Below, in pieces: positions 45,355 to 55,144 of a stretch of 64,000 nt of DNA. The position numbers and the translations under genes are program-made. The notes under the pieces are model-generated. The model had not been told where the DNA came from and did not search any database. It was given only the letters and a program-made list of their open reading frames with translations. The DNA lies in NCBI GenBank assembly GCA_017436025.1, contig JAFSDX010000034.1, positions 6,210-70,209 on the forward strand, read 5' to 3'. The stretch comes from Thermoguttaceae bacterium (GTDB taxonomy: Bacteria > Planctomycetota > Planctomycetia > Pirellulales > Thermoguttaceae). Each line of letters begins with the position of its first letter. The first letter of the stretch is position 1.

Positions 45355-45488
45355 TCGACGCCGAATTAAAACCGCTCCCCTTCCCGCCTCGACCGACGCC
45401 CGGCGCGCTCGACGTTTCGCCTCGACAATTCGCAAACGTCTCGCAAAACGGGCGCCGCGTCGCGTTTTCAAAGAAACGACAAAAAACA

Positions 45489-45956
45489 ATGACCGACGAC
45501 AAAAAACTTAGCGTTTACAAACTCCGCTCCTTCGGACGCCTCGTCGCGTTCCAAGCGGCTTATCAGGAAGAACTTAACCCCGGTTCGACGGAGCGCAATT
45601 GGGCCGACAACGATCCGTTCGCCGAAACGCTCGACGCGTTTTGCTCCGAAACGGGAACGCGTTTGACCGGCGCCGAACGCGCCGAAACGCTCGACTTCGC
45701 CCGACGCCTCTTCGAAGGTTACCGCGACCGCCGCGTCGAAATCGACTCGGCCCTCGACGCCGCGTTGACGAACCGAACGCTCGCTCGCGTCGACGTCGTC
45801 GCCCGTTGCATCTTGCGCGTCGCCGCTTATGAAATTCGTTTCATTAAGACGCCGAAAGCGGTCGTCATTTCGCAAGCGCTCGAACTCGGCAAAAAATTCG
45901 GCGAAAAGGAAACGACGCGCTTCCTCAACGGCGTCCTCGACCAAATCGACGCTTAA
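45489..45956 (+). CDS. nusB: Transcription antitermination factor NusB
   Basis: It follows ribH, the conserved ribH-nusB order. RLVAFQAAYQ ... RCILRVAAYEIRF ... PKAVVISQALELGKKFG ... FLNGVLD. The ATG is at 45489. Confidence 0.8.
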   Translation: MTDDKKLSVYKLRSFGRLVAFQAAYQEELNPGSTERNWADNDPFAETLDAFCSETGTRLTGAERAETLDFARRLFEGYRDRRVEIDSALDAALTNRTLARVDVVARCILRVAAYEIRFIKTPKAVVISQALELGKKFGEKETTRFLNGVLDQIDA

Positions 45957-46028
45957 AACGCCGCGCCGCTCGTCGACGCGCCGTTCGAAAGCGTTTTTCG
46001 AAATTCCCGCGAGATAAGGAGAACGACG

Positions 46029-48284
46029 ATGTCTCAAACGACGAATCGACTCGGCGGCGTTTCGCGCCGTTTCCCCCTCAAACGACTCGGCGCGTTCGCG
46101 ACGGCGGCGTTTTGGGGCGCGTCCCTTCTTTGCGCTTGCGCGGTCGCCGCGACGGCGCAAGAGTCGACGGCGATTTCGGCGGCTTCCGCTTCCCCTCAAC
46201 CGGCGCAAGAGTCGGCGGCGATTTCGGCGGCTTCCGCTTCCCCTCAATCGGCGTCAAACGCGGCGGCGCGAGACGGCGTTTCGCGTTTCGAACCGTTCGA
46301 ACGCGCCTATATTTCGTTCCGAATTTCCGGCGGCGTTTGGGAAGACGAAAAACGTTTCGCCGATCTCCTCGACCTTTTCGACAAACACCCCGGCGCGACC
46401 GACGAAATCACCTTCTTCACCGAGCAAACGCACGCGCCGCCGACCGTCGAAGCGTTTGAAAAGCGGCTCGAAATTCTCAAAATTCGGATGGCGGAGGCGA
46501 AACGGCGCGGCTACCGAACCGGGCTGAACATCCTCTGCACGATCGGGCACCATCCGGAGTCGATGAAAACGGCGATCGGGCCGGAGTATCCGCGCTGTAT
46601 GACGCTCGACGGCAGAACCGCCGAAGCGACGCTCTGCATGAACCAACCGATCTTCCGCGAACGCGTCCGCCGGATTTACGCCGAAATGGCCCGCTCCGGC
46701 GCCGATTACATTTGGATCGACGACGACGTTCGCGCCGGACATTGGCTCGACTCCGCCGGAAACGCCGGAAACGTCTGCTTTTGCGACCGCTGTATGGAGG
46801 GAATCTCCGCCAAACTCGGCGCGCCGACGACTCGCGAAGAACTCGCGCCGCGAATGGGCGAACGCGCCGTTCGGGCGAAGGTTCGCGAATTCAACGCCGA
46901 CTCGATTAATAATCTCTTCGCGCTGATCGAAGAGACGGTTCACGCGGAGAAACCGGGCCTTCCGCTCGGCTTTATGACCGGCGAACGTTACGCCGAGGGA
47001 TACGACTTCGCGCGTTGGGCGAAAACGCTCGCCGGGCCGGAAAACGCGCCGGTTTATTGGCGCCCCGGCGGCGGTTTTTACTCGCAAGACCCGATCGGCG
47101 CGATGACGGCGAAATCGGACGAAATCGCCCGTCAAGTTTCGACGCTTCCGGCGGAGGTTCGCGTTATCGAGTCGGAAATCGAAAATTTCCCTTACGCGCC
47201 GCTGCAAAAGTCGCGCCGAATCACCGCTTTAGAAGCGACTTGCCATCTCGCCGCCGGTTGCGCCGGCGCGGCGTTCAACGTCGTTACGATGAACCGCGAG
47301 CCGGTCGCCGATTACGAGCCGCTGATCGCGGAGCTGGCGCGCCGCCGTCCGTTCTTCGACGCGGTCGTTCGCGCGTTCGGTCGCAAGCCGCTTATCGGCG
47401 CCTTTCCGACTTGGAACCCGACCGACTTCGACCTTCCGAACGGCAACCCGACGCCGCAAACGGTCGCCGCGCTCGCGGAAGTCGGGATTCCGTTGACGTT
47501 CGAGCAAACCGACGCGCCCCTTGCGTTCTCGACGGCGGCCTACCTCGAAACGCTTTCCCGCGACGAAGCGCTCGACCTCCTTTCGCGGGGGCTTTACCTC
47601 GACGTTTGGGGCGTTTGCCGCCTCAACAATCCGGAGACGGTCGACCTAATCCGTTACACCGGAATCGAATGGGAGGGCGAACGCGCCGTCGACTCGATCG
47701 AGGTTTACTCGGACGACCCGATCAACGGCGAGTTCGCCGGAATCGAGCGCGACCAACGCCAATCGTTTTGGCGCGACCGCGCTTATTCGCTCCGCTTGAC
47801 CGATCCGGCGGCCCGTTCGCTCGCGCGACTCGTCGATTACACCGGCGAAACGACGGCGGCGGCGAGCGCGGCGATCTTCGAAAACGAACTTGGCGGACGC
47901 GTTTCGGTCTCCGGCTATCACCCTTGGAACTACTTCCATTCGCGACCTAAAGCAACGCAAATCAAACGGTTGGCGCGTTGGCTTTCGAACGACCGTCTTT
48001 GCGGTTGGGTCGACTCGTTCGACCGCGCTCGTCTTTGGGTTCGCGCCGACGAAACGGGCGCCCCCGCCGCCGCGCTCTTCCTGAACGCGACATACGACGC
48101 CGCCGAACGCCCGGTTCTCGCCCTCCGAACCGACGCCGAGAGCGCGACCGTTCTCGACCGCAACGGCAAAAAAACGGTCGTTCGCGCGTCGGAGCCGGAC
48201 GGCCCTTACCGCCGCTTCGAACTTCCCGAAGTCGAGCCTTGGGACGCGGTTCTCGTCGTTCTCGACCAACCGAGCGACCGTTAA
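46029..48284 (+). CDS. Secreted hypothetical protein (751 aa) with a Cys cluster (CFCDRC)
   Basis: AAGGAG lies 8 nt upstream. Signal peptide LGAFATAAFWGASLLCACAVAATAQ. No family recognised with confidence. Confidence 0.6.
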   Translation: MSQTTNRLGGVSRRFPLKRLGAFATAAFWGASLLCACAVAATAQESTAISAASASPQPAQESAAISAASASPQSASNAAARDGVSRFEPFERAYISFRISGGVWEDEKRFADLLDLFDKHPGATDEITFFTEQTHAPPTVEAFEKRLEILKIRMAEAKRRGYRTGLNILCTIGHHPESMKTAIGPEYPRCMTLDGRTAEATLCMNQPIFRERVRRIYAEMARSGADYIWIDDDVRAGHWLDSAGNAGNVCFCDRCMEGISAKLGAPTTREELAPRMGERAVRAKVREFNADSINNLFALIEETVHAEKPGLPLGFMTGERYAEGYDFARWAKTLAGPENAPVYWRPGGGFYSQDPIGAMTAKSDEIARQVSTLPAEVRVIESEIENFPYAPLQKSRRITALEATCHLAAGCAGAAFNVVTMNREPVADYEPLIAELARRRPFFDAVVRAFGRKPLIGAFPTWNPTDFDLPNGNPTPQTVAALAEVGIPLTFEQTDAPLAFSTAAYLETLSRDEALDLLSRGLYLDVWGVCRLNNPETVDLIRYTGIEWEGERAVDSIEVYSDDPINGEFAGIERDQRQSFWRDRAYSLRLTDPAARSLARLVDYTGETTAAASAAIFENELGGRVSVSGYHPWNYFHSRPKATQIKRLARWLSNDRLCGWVDSFDRARLWVRADETGAPAAALFLNATYDAAERPVLALRTDAESATVLDRNGKKTVVRASEPDGPYRRFELPEVEPWDAVLVVLDQPSDR
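46158..46253 (+). repeat. 48-bp in-frame tandem duplication
   Basis: caagagtcgacggcgatttcggcggcttccgcttcccctcaaccggcg is repeated at 46206 with 2 substitutions. It encodes QES(T/A)AISAASASPQ(P/S)A twice. Confidence 0.85.
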
Positions 48285-48409
48285 AACCGTCAAAATCGCT
48301 CCAACCGTCTCCGTTTAAGCGACGGAAACGTTAATATCGTTAAAAAAATCGCGGCGTTCGTTCTCGGAAACGAGCGCCGTTTAACGCCAAATGAAAAACG
48401 GACAACTAA

Positions 48410-49321
48410 ATGGGTTTTTTCGATAAAATCAAAAAAGGGCTTGGGCGCACTGTCCAAGTCTTGCAAACGGACGTTCGCGACCTCTTCAAGCAAGACGGTC
48501 GGCTCGTCGACGCGGAGTTTTTGGACGAACTTTTCGAAACGCTCGTCAAAACCGATATGGGCGTCGACGCGGCCCGCGAAGCGACCGACGAAATTAAGGA
48601 ACAATTCCGCGGTCGCGTTGTTAAAAAGGAAGAGCTTGTCGACGCCGTCAAGGCGAAGCTCAAAGCGCTGATGGCGCAAGACGCGCCGCCGATTCGGTTC
48701 GCGCAGTCCGGCCCGACGGTCGTTCTTTTCTGCGGCGTCAACGGGAGCGGCAAGACGACGAGCATCGCGAAACTGACGAAAGCGATGAGCGACGCCGGGA
48801 ACAAAATCGTTCTCGGAGCGGCGGACACTTTCCGCGCGGCGGCGGTCGACCAACTGAAAATTTGGGCGGGTCGTCTCGGCGTCGAAATCGTTTGCGGGCC
48901 GCCGCAAAGCGACCCGGCGAGCGTCGCGCACAAAGCGGTCGCCCGCGCGCTCGAAGTCGGCGCCGACCTTTGCGTTATCGACACCGCCGGGCGTCTGCAA
49001 ACGCAAACGAACTTGATGAACGAACTCGAAAAGATCAAACGGGTCGTCGCGAAGCAAATTCCGGACGCGCCGCACGAAGTTTTCCTCGTTCTCGACGCGA
49101 CGACCGGCCAAAACGGCCTTAGTCAAGCGCGCAAGTTCACCGACTCGGTCGCCTGCACCGGGATTTTCCTTTCGAAACTCGACGGAACCGCGAAGGGCGG
49201 CGCCGCGGTCGCGATTCGTCAAAAGGTCGGGCTTCCGGTCAAATACGTCGGGCTCGGCGAGTCGGAAACCGATTTCGCCGTTTTCGACCCGGACGCGTTC
49301 GTCGACGCGATGTTCGAATAA
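48410..49321 (+). CDS. ftsY: Signal recognition particle receptor FtsY (short form, NG domain only)
   Basis: GVNGSGKTTSIAKL, DTAGRLQT, VLDATTGQN, and TGIFLSKLDGTAKGG. Confidence 0.9.
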   Translation: MGFFDKIKKGLGRTVQVLQTDVRDLFKQDGRLVDAEFLDELFETLVKTDMGVDAAREATDEIKEQFRGRVVKKEELVDAVKAKLKALMAQDAPPIRFAQSGPTVVLFCGVNGSGKTTSIAKLTKAMSDAGNKIVLGAADTFRAAAVDQLKIWAGRLGVEIVCGPPQSDPASVAHKAVARALEVGADLCVIDTAGRLQTQTNLMNELEKIKRVVAKQIPDAPHEVFLVLDATTGQNGLSQARKFTDSVACTGIFLSKLDGTAKGGAAVAIRQKVGLPVKYVGLGESETDFAVFDPDAFVDAMFE

Positions 49322-49457
49322 ACCGCCGTTTTAAAGCGTTCCCCCAACGAACGGCAAACGGCGAAAGGAGCGGCGGGCGCGAACGTTCCCGAAAAGTCGG
49401 GCGGCGCGTTCCGTCGTCTCGACGAAATTTCGTTAACGCAACGAAAAGGAGTTTCCG

Positions 49458-52400
49458 ATGAATTTCGCTATTTCGTCCGTTCTCGCCGTCGCGGCGATTC
49501 TCGCGTCCTTTATGCTCCAGCTCGGCGGCGAGGACGCGAGCGGCGCGTTCGTCGCCGCGTTTTCGTTCTTCGGAATTCTCGGCGCTCTTTACTTCGTCGA
49601 CTTTAAACGATTTTTCGCGATTCCGAAGGGCTGGACAAACGTTTTGATCGTCGCGGTCGTTTTGGCGCACCTCGGCCCGTTGGCGCGGTCGCGGCAAGAG
49701 TTTTTAGCGTTTTCGATCGCCAACATTTTAGCGGTCGTTCAAACGTTCCTCTTTTTTCAAAAAAAGACGCGCCGGATTCATTATCAAATTTTGACGATTT
49801 CCTTCGTCGAGGTCGCGGTCGGCTGCGTTTTTCAGCGGAGCGGACTTTTCGCGATTTTAACGCCCCTTTACGCGCTTTCGGTCTTTTGCGCCGTTTCGCT
49901 CTTGACGCTCGAAGGAGAGCGCGCCTTTTACGCCGCCAACGCGACGCTTCGTCCCCGTTTCATCGGCCCCCGCGCTCCGAAACAAACGACTCGCGACGAA
50001 GAAACCGCGCTCGTTCTTTCGACCGTTTCCGCGTCGACTTTCGCTCGACTCGAAGCGGCGGCGCTCTCCGAATCGGCGCGTTCGACGCCCGACGCTCCGC
50101 TCCGATTTTACCGTCGCGGCGGCGTCAAGTCGGCGGAAGTCGACGCGGAGTTTTTCCGCCGTTTCGTCTTTTCGTCGAGTTGGGCGTTCGCGGCGGCGCT
50201 CGTTTTCTTTTGCCTCTTCCCGCGTTTTCACCGGCTGGAAGTCGGCGACGTCCAATTCGGTCGCGAAAACTGGAACGCGGGCGGCTCGGCGGTTCGCTCG
50301 ACGGTCGGTTTCTCGGAGAAAATCGAACTCGGCGAACTCGGCCCGAGCGGCGACAACCGCCAACCGACGCTGACCGTCCGCTTTTTCGACGTTCTCGACC
50401 CCGACAAAAAACGCCCGGTCGACCCAACTTCCCCAATTTATCTGCGCGGAATCCCGACGGCGCTTTACTCCGACCGCGTTTGGTCGCAAGTCGATTGGGA
50501 ATCGGCGCGTCTCGACCTTCAATCGCTAAACGCCGCGATTCGCCAAACGTCGCCGACCGACCCGACCGCGCTTTTGGCCCCGTTGCAAGCGGAGCTAAAA
50601 GAAATCGACCGCGAACGTCGAGAGCGCGAACGCCGCGAACGCCGGTTTAACGACGAACGCAACCGTTCGAGATTTTCGCCGCCGTCGCAAGCGCCGGCCA
50701 ACTTAAACGATTGGCGGTCGCGTCCGACGTCCGGCGGAACGTTGGCCGACGTCGCGTCGACGCCTCTTTACCGTCCGAAGGGCGATTGGCTCCCGTATTT
50801 CGACCAAGCGACGGCGCTCGGCGAACTCAAAAGTCCGACGTTCTTATACGAACGCCTCTTCCTCCCAACGGCGCGTCCGTTCGAACAACTCGACAAATTC
50901 GACGACCTGCGAACGATTTTGCCCCCGCCCGGCCTTTCCGACTCCGGCGCCGTTCGTCGACGCGTTCCGAACGCCCGCCTTTTCGACGGTCGAACGCGCC
51001 TCCTCGGTCTCGAAGTCGAAATGGAGCCGCTCGATACCGGCGTCGTTTTCGCGTCTTGGCCCTTTTATTTTTTGCGACAAGATTTTTATTTCGCCGGAAA
51101 CGTTCCGCGACGAACCGGACGCGCCGCCGCTCGCGAACAACGGTTCCAATTCGCGACGAACGCCTTTTTCGCCGACGGTCGCCAAACGGAACTGACGCCG
51201 AACCAAGAAGCGGTTTGGCCCTTCCTCGACCAATATCTCGCGCTCGACGCCGAGCGGTTCCCGGAATTAATCGCGACCGCGCGACGTTGGGACGCCGAAT
51301 CGGGACTCCCCAAGGAAGATTTCGCCGGGCGCGCCCTTTACTTAACGTCGCGACTTCGGGATACCGGCGAATATCGATACGACCGAAGCGGCGTCGCGCG
51401 GACGCCGGGGCTCGACCCGCTCGAAGACTTCGTTTCGGTCAATAAAAGCGGGCATTGCGAGTATTTCGCGGGCGCGCTCGCGCTGATGTTGCGGGCCGTC
51501 GGGATACCGTCGCGAACGGTCGTCGGGTTCCTCGTCTTCCCGAACGAAAACGGCGGCGAAACGGTCGTTCGGCAGTCGAACGCGCACGCTTGGACGGAGG
51601 CGTTCATTCCGCCGCAAAATCTCCCGACGTCGGACTCCCCCGCCGCTCGCCTTCTCGACGGCGCGTTCGACGAAACGCCGAACAATTTCCCGGTCGATTC
51701 GAGTTGGACGGCGGACGGCGGTTGGCTCCGACTCGACGCGACCCCGGCGTCGTCGTTGGAAGCGGAAACGAACTCCCTCATCCTCAGCGCGGCGCTTTGG
51801 AGCGAATTTTTCGCGTCGGTTTGGCGCGATTACGTCCTCGACTTCAACGGCGCGCGCCAAACGGAAGCGTTTTATCGCCCGTTGGCCGAAGGAGCGAAAA
51901 ACGCGTTCGCCGCCCTTCGCTCGTTCGGCGACGGCGGATTCCGACCCTTCGCGTCGACTTTCGAACGCCTAAAAGACGCGGTCGACCGGGCGAGTTCCGG
52001 CGACTGGAGCCCGGAGGCGGTCGGTCGCCTCTTAACCTTGGCGGCGCGGTCGGCGCTCGCGGCGTTTATCGCTTGGCGACTTATCCTCTTCTGCCGCCGA
52101 CGTTTCGGGTTCCGGCGACGCTCCGGAATCGGAAACGGCGGCGACGACGCGGCGCGGACGCGACGGCGAACGCGGCGCCAACGTCGCGAGTTCGCGTTTT
52201 ATTATCGGCTTGAACAGGCGCTTTCCAAACGACTTTCAACGGAGCGTCGCGCCGACGAAACGCCGCTCGAATTCCTCGAACGCTGTTTCGCGTTGGAAGA
52301 CGAAGCCGCCGCGACCTCCCAAACCGCCCAAACTCCCCAAGCGCCCCAAACAACCGCGTCGGTTTCGCCGACGTCGACGCTTTCGTCCGACGCGACGCCG

Positions 52401-52628
52401 ACTGAAACGCCGCGCCCCGCCCCGAAAAAAGCGACAAAGTCGTTAAAACCGACAAAATCGCCGCGTTCCGCTCCCGTCGCGCCGTTCGAACCGACGCCGG
52501 ACGCGACGCGCCGCCTCTTCCGCGAACTTGTCGAGCGGTATTATCGGGCCCGGTTCGCCGATTCGCAACCGACCGCCGCCGAAAAAGCGCGTTGGGCCGC
52601 CGCGCTCCGCGACGCGAAAATCGCCTAA
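49458..52628 (+). CDS. Large transglutaminase-domain membrane protein (TgpA/DUF3488-like with a DUF4129-like C-terminus)
   Basis: N-terminal multi-TM region. Core motifs SGHCEYFAGALALMLRAVGIPSRTVVGF ... NAHAWTEAF ... WLRLDATP. A late TM helix is followed by a Pro/Thr-rich tail. Confidence 0.75.
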   Translation: MNFAISSVLAVAAILASFMLQLGGEDASGAFVAAFSFFGILGALYFVDFKRFFAIPKGWTNVLIVAVVLAHLGPLARSRQEFLAFSIANILAVVQTFLFFQKKTRRIHYQILTISFVEVAVGCVFQRSGLFAILTPLYALSVFCAVSLLTLEGERAFYAANATLRPRFIGPRAPKQTTRDEETALVLSTVSASTFARLEAAALSESARSTPDAPLRFYRRGGVKSAEVDAEFFRRFVFSSSWAFAAALVFFCLFPRFHRLEVGDVQFGRENWNAGGSAVRSTVGFSEKIELGELGPSGDNRQPTLTVRFFDVLDPDKKRPVDPTSPIYLRGIPTALYSDRVWSQVDWESARLDLQSLNAAIRQTSPTDPTALLAPLQAELKEIDRERRERERRERRFNDERNRSRFSPPSQAPANLNDWRSRPTSGGTLADVASTPLYRPKGDWLPYFDQATALGELKSPTFLYERLFLPTARPFEQLDKFDDLRTILPPPGLSDSGAVRRRVPNARLFDGRTRLLGLEVEMEPLDTGVVFASWPFYFLRQDFYFAGNVPRRTGRAAAREQRFQFATNAFFADGRQTELTPNQEAVWPFLDQYLALDAERFPELIATARRWDAESGLPKEDFAGRALYLTSRLRDTGEYRYDRSGVARTPGLDPLEDFVSVNKSGHCEYFAGALALMLRAVGIPSRTVVGFLVFPNENGGETVVRQSNAHAWTEAFIPPQNLPTSDSPAARLLDGAFDETPNNFPVDSSWTADGGWLRLDATPASSLEAETNSLILSAALWSEFFASVWRDYVLDFNGARQTEAFYRPLAEGAKNAFAALRSFGDGGFRPFASTFERLKDAVDRASSGDWSPEAVGRLLTLAARSALAAFIAWRLILFCRRRFGFRRRSGIGNGGDDAARTRRRTRRQRREFAFYYRLEQALSKRLSTERRADETPLEFLERCFALEDEAAATSQTAQTPQAPQTTASVSPTSTLSSDATPTETPRPAPKKATKSLKPTKSPRSAPVAPFEPTPDATRRLFRELVERYYRARFADSQPTAAEKARWAAALRDAKIA

Positions 52629-52796
52629 TCGCGCCCCGCGCCGGCAAGCGTCGACAAACGCTCCGTTGACCAACGCCGTCGCGGCGCCCCCCCAAGTCGC
52701 CTTGTCGCGACGCGCCGAACGTTAAATTCGCCAGAACCGTTAAACATTAACGTCGATTTCTCGCCGAGCGCGCCCGCTTTCGCCGCAAGAACGCCA

Positions 52797-52832
52797 AAAA
52801 CGACGGAACGTCTTTCGACGCGCCGTCGTTTT
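52797..52832. terminator. Bidirectional terminator between convergent genes (TgpA-like / dxs)
   Basis: 10-bp stem AAAACGACGG / CCGTCGTTTT (52797-52806 / 52823-52832). The A- and T-tracts form part of the stem, and the 16-nt loop has internal CGTC/GACG pairing. Confidence 0.55.
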
Positions 52833-52903
52833 CGCGTTTTCCCTTTCTTTTCATTTTCGCGTTTCGGTCGCCCGTTCGCGCCGCTCGACGCTAAAAAAAC
52901 CGC

Positions 52904-55144
52904 TCAACGCGCTCCAACTTTATCGATTTTAACGATAACGCCGCCGTTCTCCGCTTCTTGCGTCCCCGGCGCGACGCTCCCCGTCCCGGTCAAGCGCGCG
53001 ACGCGGCCCCGAATCTCGTCGAACGCCGCCGACAATCCGGCGCGGTCGAGCCCGGCGTCGGCAAGTTGTTCGCTCCGAGAACCGCAAGGAATAAACGCGT
53101 CCGGGACGCCTTTTCGCAACAAAAATCGCGCGTCGAGCCCTTCGTCGTTCGCCGCCTCCAACACCGCCGACGTAAACCCGCCCGCCAACGCGTTTTCCTC
53201 GACGACGACGGTCGGAATCCCCGCCCGCAACGGCGCCAAAACGCGGTCGCGGTCGAGCGGTTTAACGAACCGCGCGTTGACGACGCCGACGTCGAGAGCC
53301 GGTCGTCCCGGAACGGCGCCGCGCGCGAAATCCTCCGCCAAATCGAGCGCCGTTTTCAAAATTCCGCCGCCGCAAACGACGAACGCGCCGTCGGCGCCGT
53401 CGCGCAAAACCTCCGCTCGCCCGAGTTCGAACGGCGCGACCTCGCGGCGAATCCGCGCCGCGTTCGTTTTCGGATAACGAATCGCCGTCGGGCCGTCGAG
53501 CGTCAACGCGAACTCGAACGCCCGCGCCATATCGCAAGCGTCGCCCGGCGCAATCGTCGTTATATTCGGAAAAGGCCGCAAATAACTCAAATCGAAAACG
53601 CCGTGATGCGTCGGGCCGTCCGCTCCGACCAAGCCGGCGCGGTCGATCGCGAAGATAATCGGCAAGTTTTGCAGCGACGCCTCTTGGAACAAATGGTCGT
53701 AAGCGCGCTGCAGAAAACCGCTGTAAATGTCGACGATAGGCCGCATTCCGGCCTTGGCCAACCCGGCGGCGAAGTTGACCGCGTGCGCCTCGCAGATGCC
53801 GACGTCGAAAAAGCGATCCGGAAATTCCGCCCGCGCCGCTTCGAGCATATTCCCCTGCGTCATCGCGGCGACGACGACGCAAACGCGCGGATTCCGCATC
53901 ATTTCCCGATAAATCGCGCGCCGCGCCCAATCGGTAAAAGAGCGTTCCTCGCCGTTTCCGTCCGCGTCGATCAGTTCGACAACCTTCGCGGCGCTCGACG
54001 CGTTGGCAATCTCGATCTCCAGTTCCGAAGCGCGTTTCGCCCTCGCGGCTTGGCGGCGACTTCGCGACGTTTTCAACTCGTCGTCCGCCCATTGGTCGAG
54101 CAAAACGACGCTTTCGGCGTTGAGCGCCTGCTCCGGATTCGTCGCGTGAAAGCTCGCCGGGTCGATTTCGGCCGGTCGGTATCCGCGCCCCTTCTCCGTC
54201 AAGACGTGCAACAACACCGGCTCGTCGATCGTCTTGATGCGTTCGAGGTATTTGCGCAACGTCGCGAGGTCGTGTCCGTCGATCGGCCCGACGTATCGGA
54301 ACCCGAAATCTTCGAAGAGCATTCCGCCGACGAGCCCGGCTTTCGCCGCGTCGCGAAGGCGCGTCAGGAAGCGGTAAGCGCCCGGTTTCTCCTTCAAGAA
54401 ACGCCGAAACGCCGTCCGCGCGCCAAGATACGTCGGCGCCGTCCGCATTTTGTCGAGCGAACGCCCAAGTCCGCCGACCCGTTGGCAAATCGACATTTTG
54501 TTGTCGTTCAAAACGACGAGCATTTTTTGACGCAAACCGCCCGCGTGATTCAGCGCCTCGAAGATCGGCCCGCCGGCCAACGCGCCGTCGCCGACGACCG
54601 CGACCGAGTAACGCGGCGCGTCCGTTTTTTCCGATTCCTCCGATTTTTCCGTCCCCGATTCCGCTTCGCCGCCGTTCAAGCGCGCCGCCAACTCGTCGCC
54701 GCGAGCGAGTCCGAGCGCCGTTCCGACGCTGCAACCCGCGTGTCCGGTTCGGAAAAGGTCGTATTCGCTTTCGTCCGGGTCGGGATAGCCGGAAAGCCCG
54801 CCGCGCGTTCGGATTCCGCTAAATTCGGCGAAGCGCCCGGTCAGGAGCTTGTGCGGGTAACACTGGTGTCCGACGTCCCAAATAAGCCGGTCGCGCCGGA
54901 AGTCGAACGTCGAGTGAAGCGCGATCGCCAACTCGACGACGCCCAAATTCGACGCGAAGTGAACGCCGCGACGCTCCGCCATATCGCAAATCGTCGAGCG
55001 TATTTCCGTCGCCAGCCGCTTCAAGTCTTTGAGCGACATTGACTTGAGCGGTTCCGCCGAGCGCAGCTCGCGCAAAAGGATCGGTTCGACTTTCGGGCGC
55101 GGTTCGAACGCCGCCTTTTTTTCGTTCTCTTTTTCGTTCGTCAT
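52904..55144 (-). CDS. dxs: 1-deoxy-D-xylulose-5-phosphate synthase (with lineage-specific insertions)
   Basis: HFASNLGVVELAIALHSTFDFRRDRLIWDVGHQCYPHKLLTGR; VVGDGALAGGPIFEALNHAG; FFDVGICEAHAVNFAAGLA; IDRAGLVGADGPTHHG. The ATG at 55144 overlaps the ispA stop (ATGA, 55141-55144). Confidence 0.9.
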   Translation of the reverse strand: MTNEKENEKKAAFEPRPKVEPILLRELRSAEPLKSMSLKDLKRLATEIRSTICDMAERRGVHFASNLGVVELAIALHSTFDFRRDRLIWDVGHQCYPHKLLTGRFAEFSGIRTRGGLSGYPDPDESEYDLFRTGHAGCSVGTALGLARGDELAARLNGGEAESGTEKSEESEKTDAPRYSVAVVGDGALAGGPIFEALNHAGGLRQKMLVVLNDNKMSICQRVGGLGRSLDKMRTAPTYLGARTAFRRFLKEKPGAYRFLTRLRDAAKAGLVGGMLFEDFGFRYVGPIDGHDLATLRKYLERIKTIDEPVLLHVLTEKGRGYRPAEIDPASFHATNPEQALNAESVVLLDQWADDELKTSRSRRQAARAKRASELEIEIANASSAAKVVELIDADGNGEERSFTDWARRAIYREMMRNPRVCVVVAAMTQGNMLEAARAEFPDRFFDVGICEAHAVNFAAGLAKAGMRPIVDIYSGFLQRAYDHLFQEASLQNLPIIFAIDRAGLVGADGPTHHGVFDLSYLRPFPNITTIAPGDACDMARAFEFALTLDGPTAIRYPKTNAARIRREVAPFELGRAEVLRDGADGAFVVCGGGILKTALDLAEDFARGAVPGRPALDVGVVNARFVKPLDRDRVLAPLRAGIPTVVVEENALAGGFTSAVLEAANDEGLDARFLLRKGVPDAFIPCGSRSEQLADAGLDRAGLSAAFDEIRGRVARLTGTGSVAPGTQEAENGGVIVKIDKVGAR

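Noticed and set aside
52958-55042. 694-aa plus-strand ORF antisense to dxs, together with the 490-aa out-of-frame minus ORF 53262..54734
   Set aside because: Both are Arg-rich and motif-free. The dxs frame has complete TPP-enzyme signatures.
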